64,000 bases of DNA from Puccinia triticina (lineage: Eukaryota). The notes beneath the pieces are model-generated. The model was not told the DNA's origin and did no database searches. It was given only the letters and a program-made list of their open reading frames with translations. The first letter of the stretch is position 1. Every line of letters starts with the position of its first letter. The stretch covers positions 6,634,001-6,698,000 of the forward strand of contig CP110439.1 of the NCBI GenBank assembly GCA_026914245.1, given 5' to 3'. Of this stretch, positions 63,742 to 64,000 are shown piece after piece. The position numbers and the translations under genes were made by a program.

Positions 63742-63770
63742 TGCAGTGGCGAAGCCGCCTTGGCCTCTAG
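63742..63770 (+). mobile_element. Helitron-type 3' terminus
   Basis: TGCAGTGGCGAAGCCGCCTTGGCCTCTAG|T. Confidence 0.65.
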
Positions 63771-64000
63771 TAATCTCCTAAGTTGTAAGTGATGACGTTT
63801 GTTGTGTCATTGCTTGACATAATAGCGCAAAGCTTCTTATGATTTGACTTGTACACAGTACCTCACCTGTCACAGTTTTACACATAATAAATATAAATAT
63901 TCATTATGATTTCTTTGTTGAGTGTACAAAAGTACTACGCACGAGGGGTACTCCTCTTAAGAGGGTTTGTATTCCAACAATAAGGTACCACCAGAGAGGG

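Overview
This is eukaryotic, intron-containing DNA made almost entirely of transposable elements. The protein families and repeat styles point to a rust fungus (Pucciniales, probably Puccinia); that assignment is an inference. I found no intact host gene. The window holds one full-length hAT element with an 8-bp target-site duplication (TSD), two other hAT elements broken by nested insertions, a KDZ (Kyakuja-Dileera-Zisupton) transposase remnant, a DUF6589 remnant, several solo LTRs, MITEs, Helitron-type 3' ends, and fragments of four host genes (RAM2-like, MSS4-like, DNMT5 SNF2 domain, dual-specificity phosphatase). Highlights: (1) a young 5.5-kb LTR element whose primer-binding site is a 51-nt copy of mature tRNA-Tyr (CCA end to G26) and which encodes a ~1190-aa gag-led ORF with no visible pol; (2) three LTR families with 4-bp TSDs centred on CpG; (3) CAA-terminated DNA transposons with 7-bp TSDs; (4) two near-identical Helitron-type 3' ends facing outward around a phosphatase fragment; (5) a DNMT5 fragment that keeps its introns. 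All protein family calls come from motif recognition by eye, not database searches.
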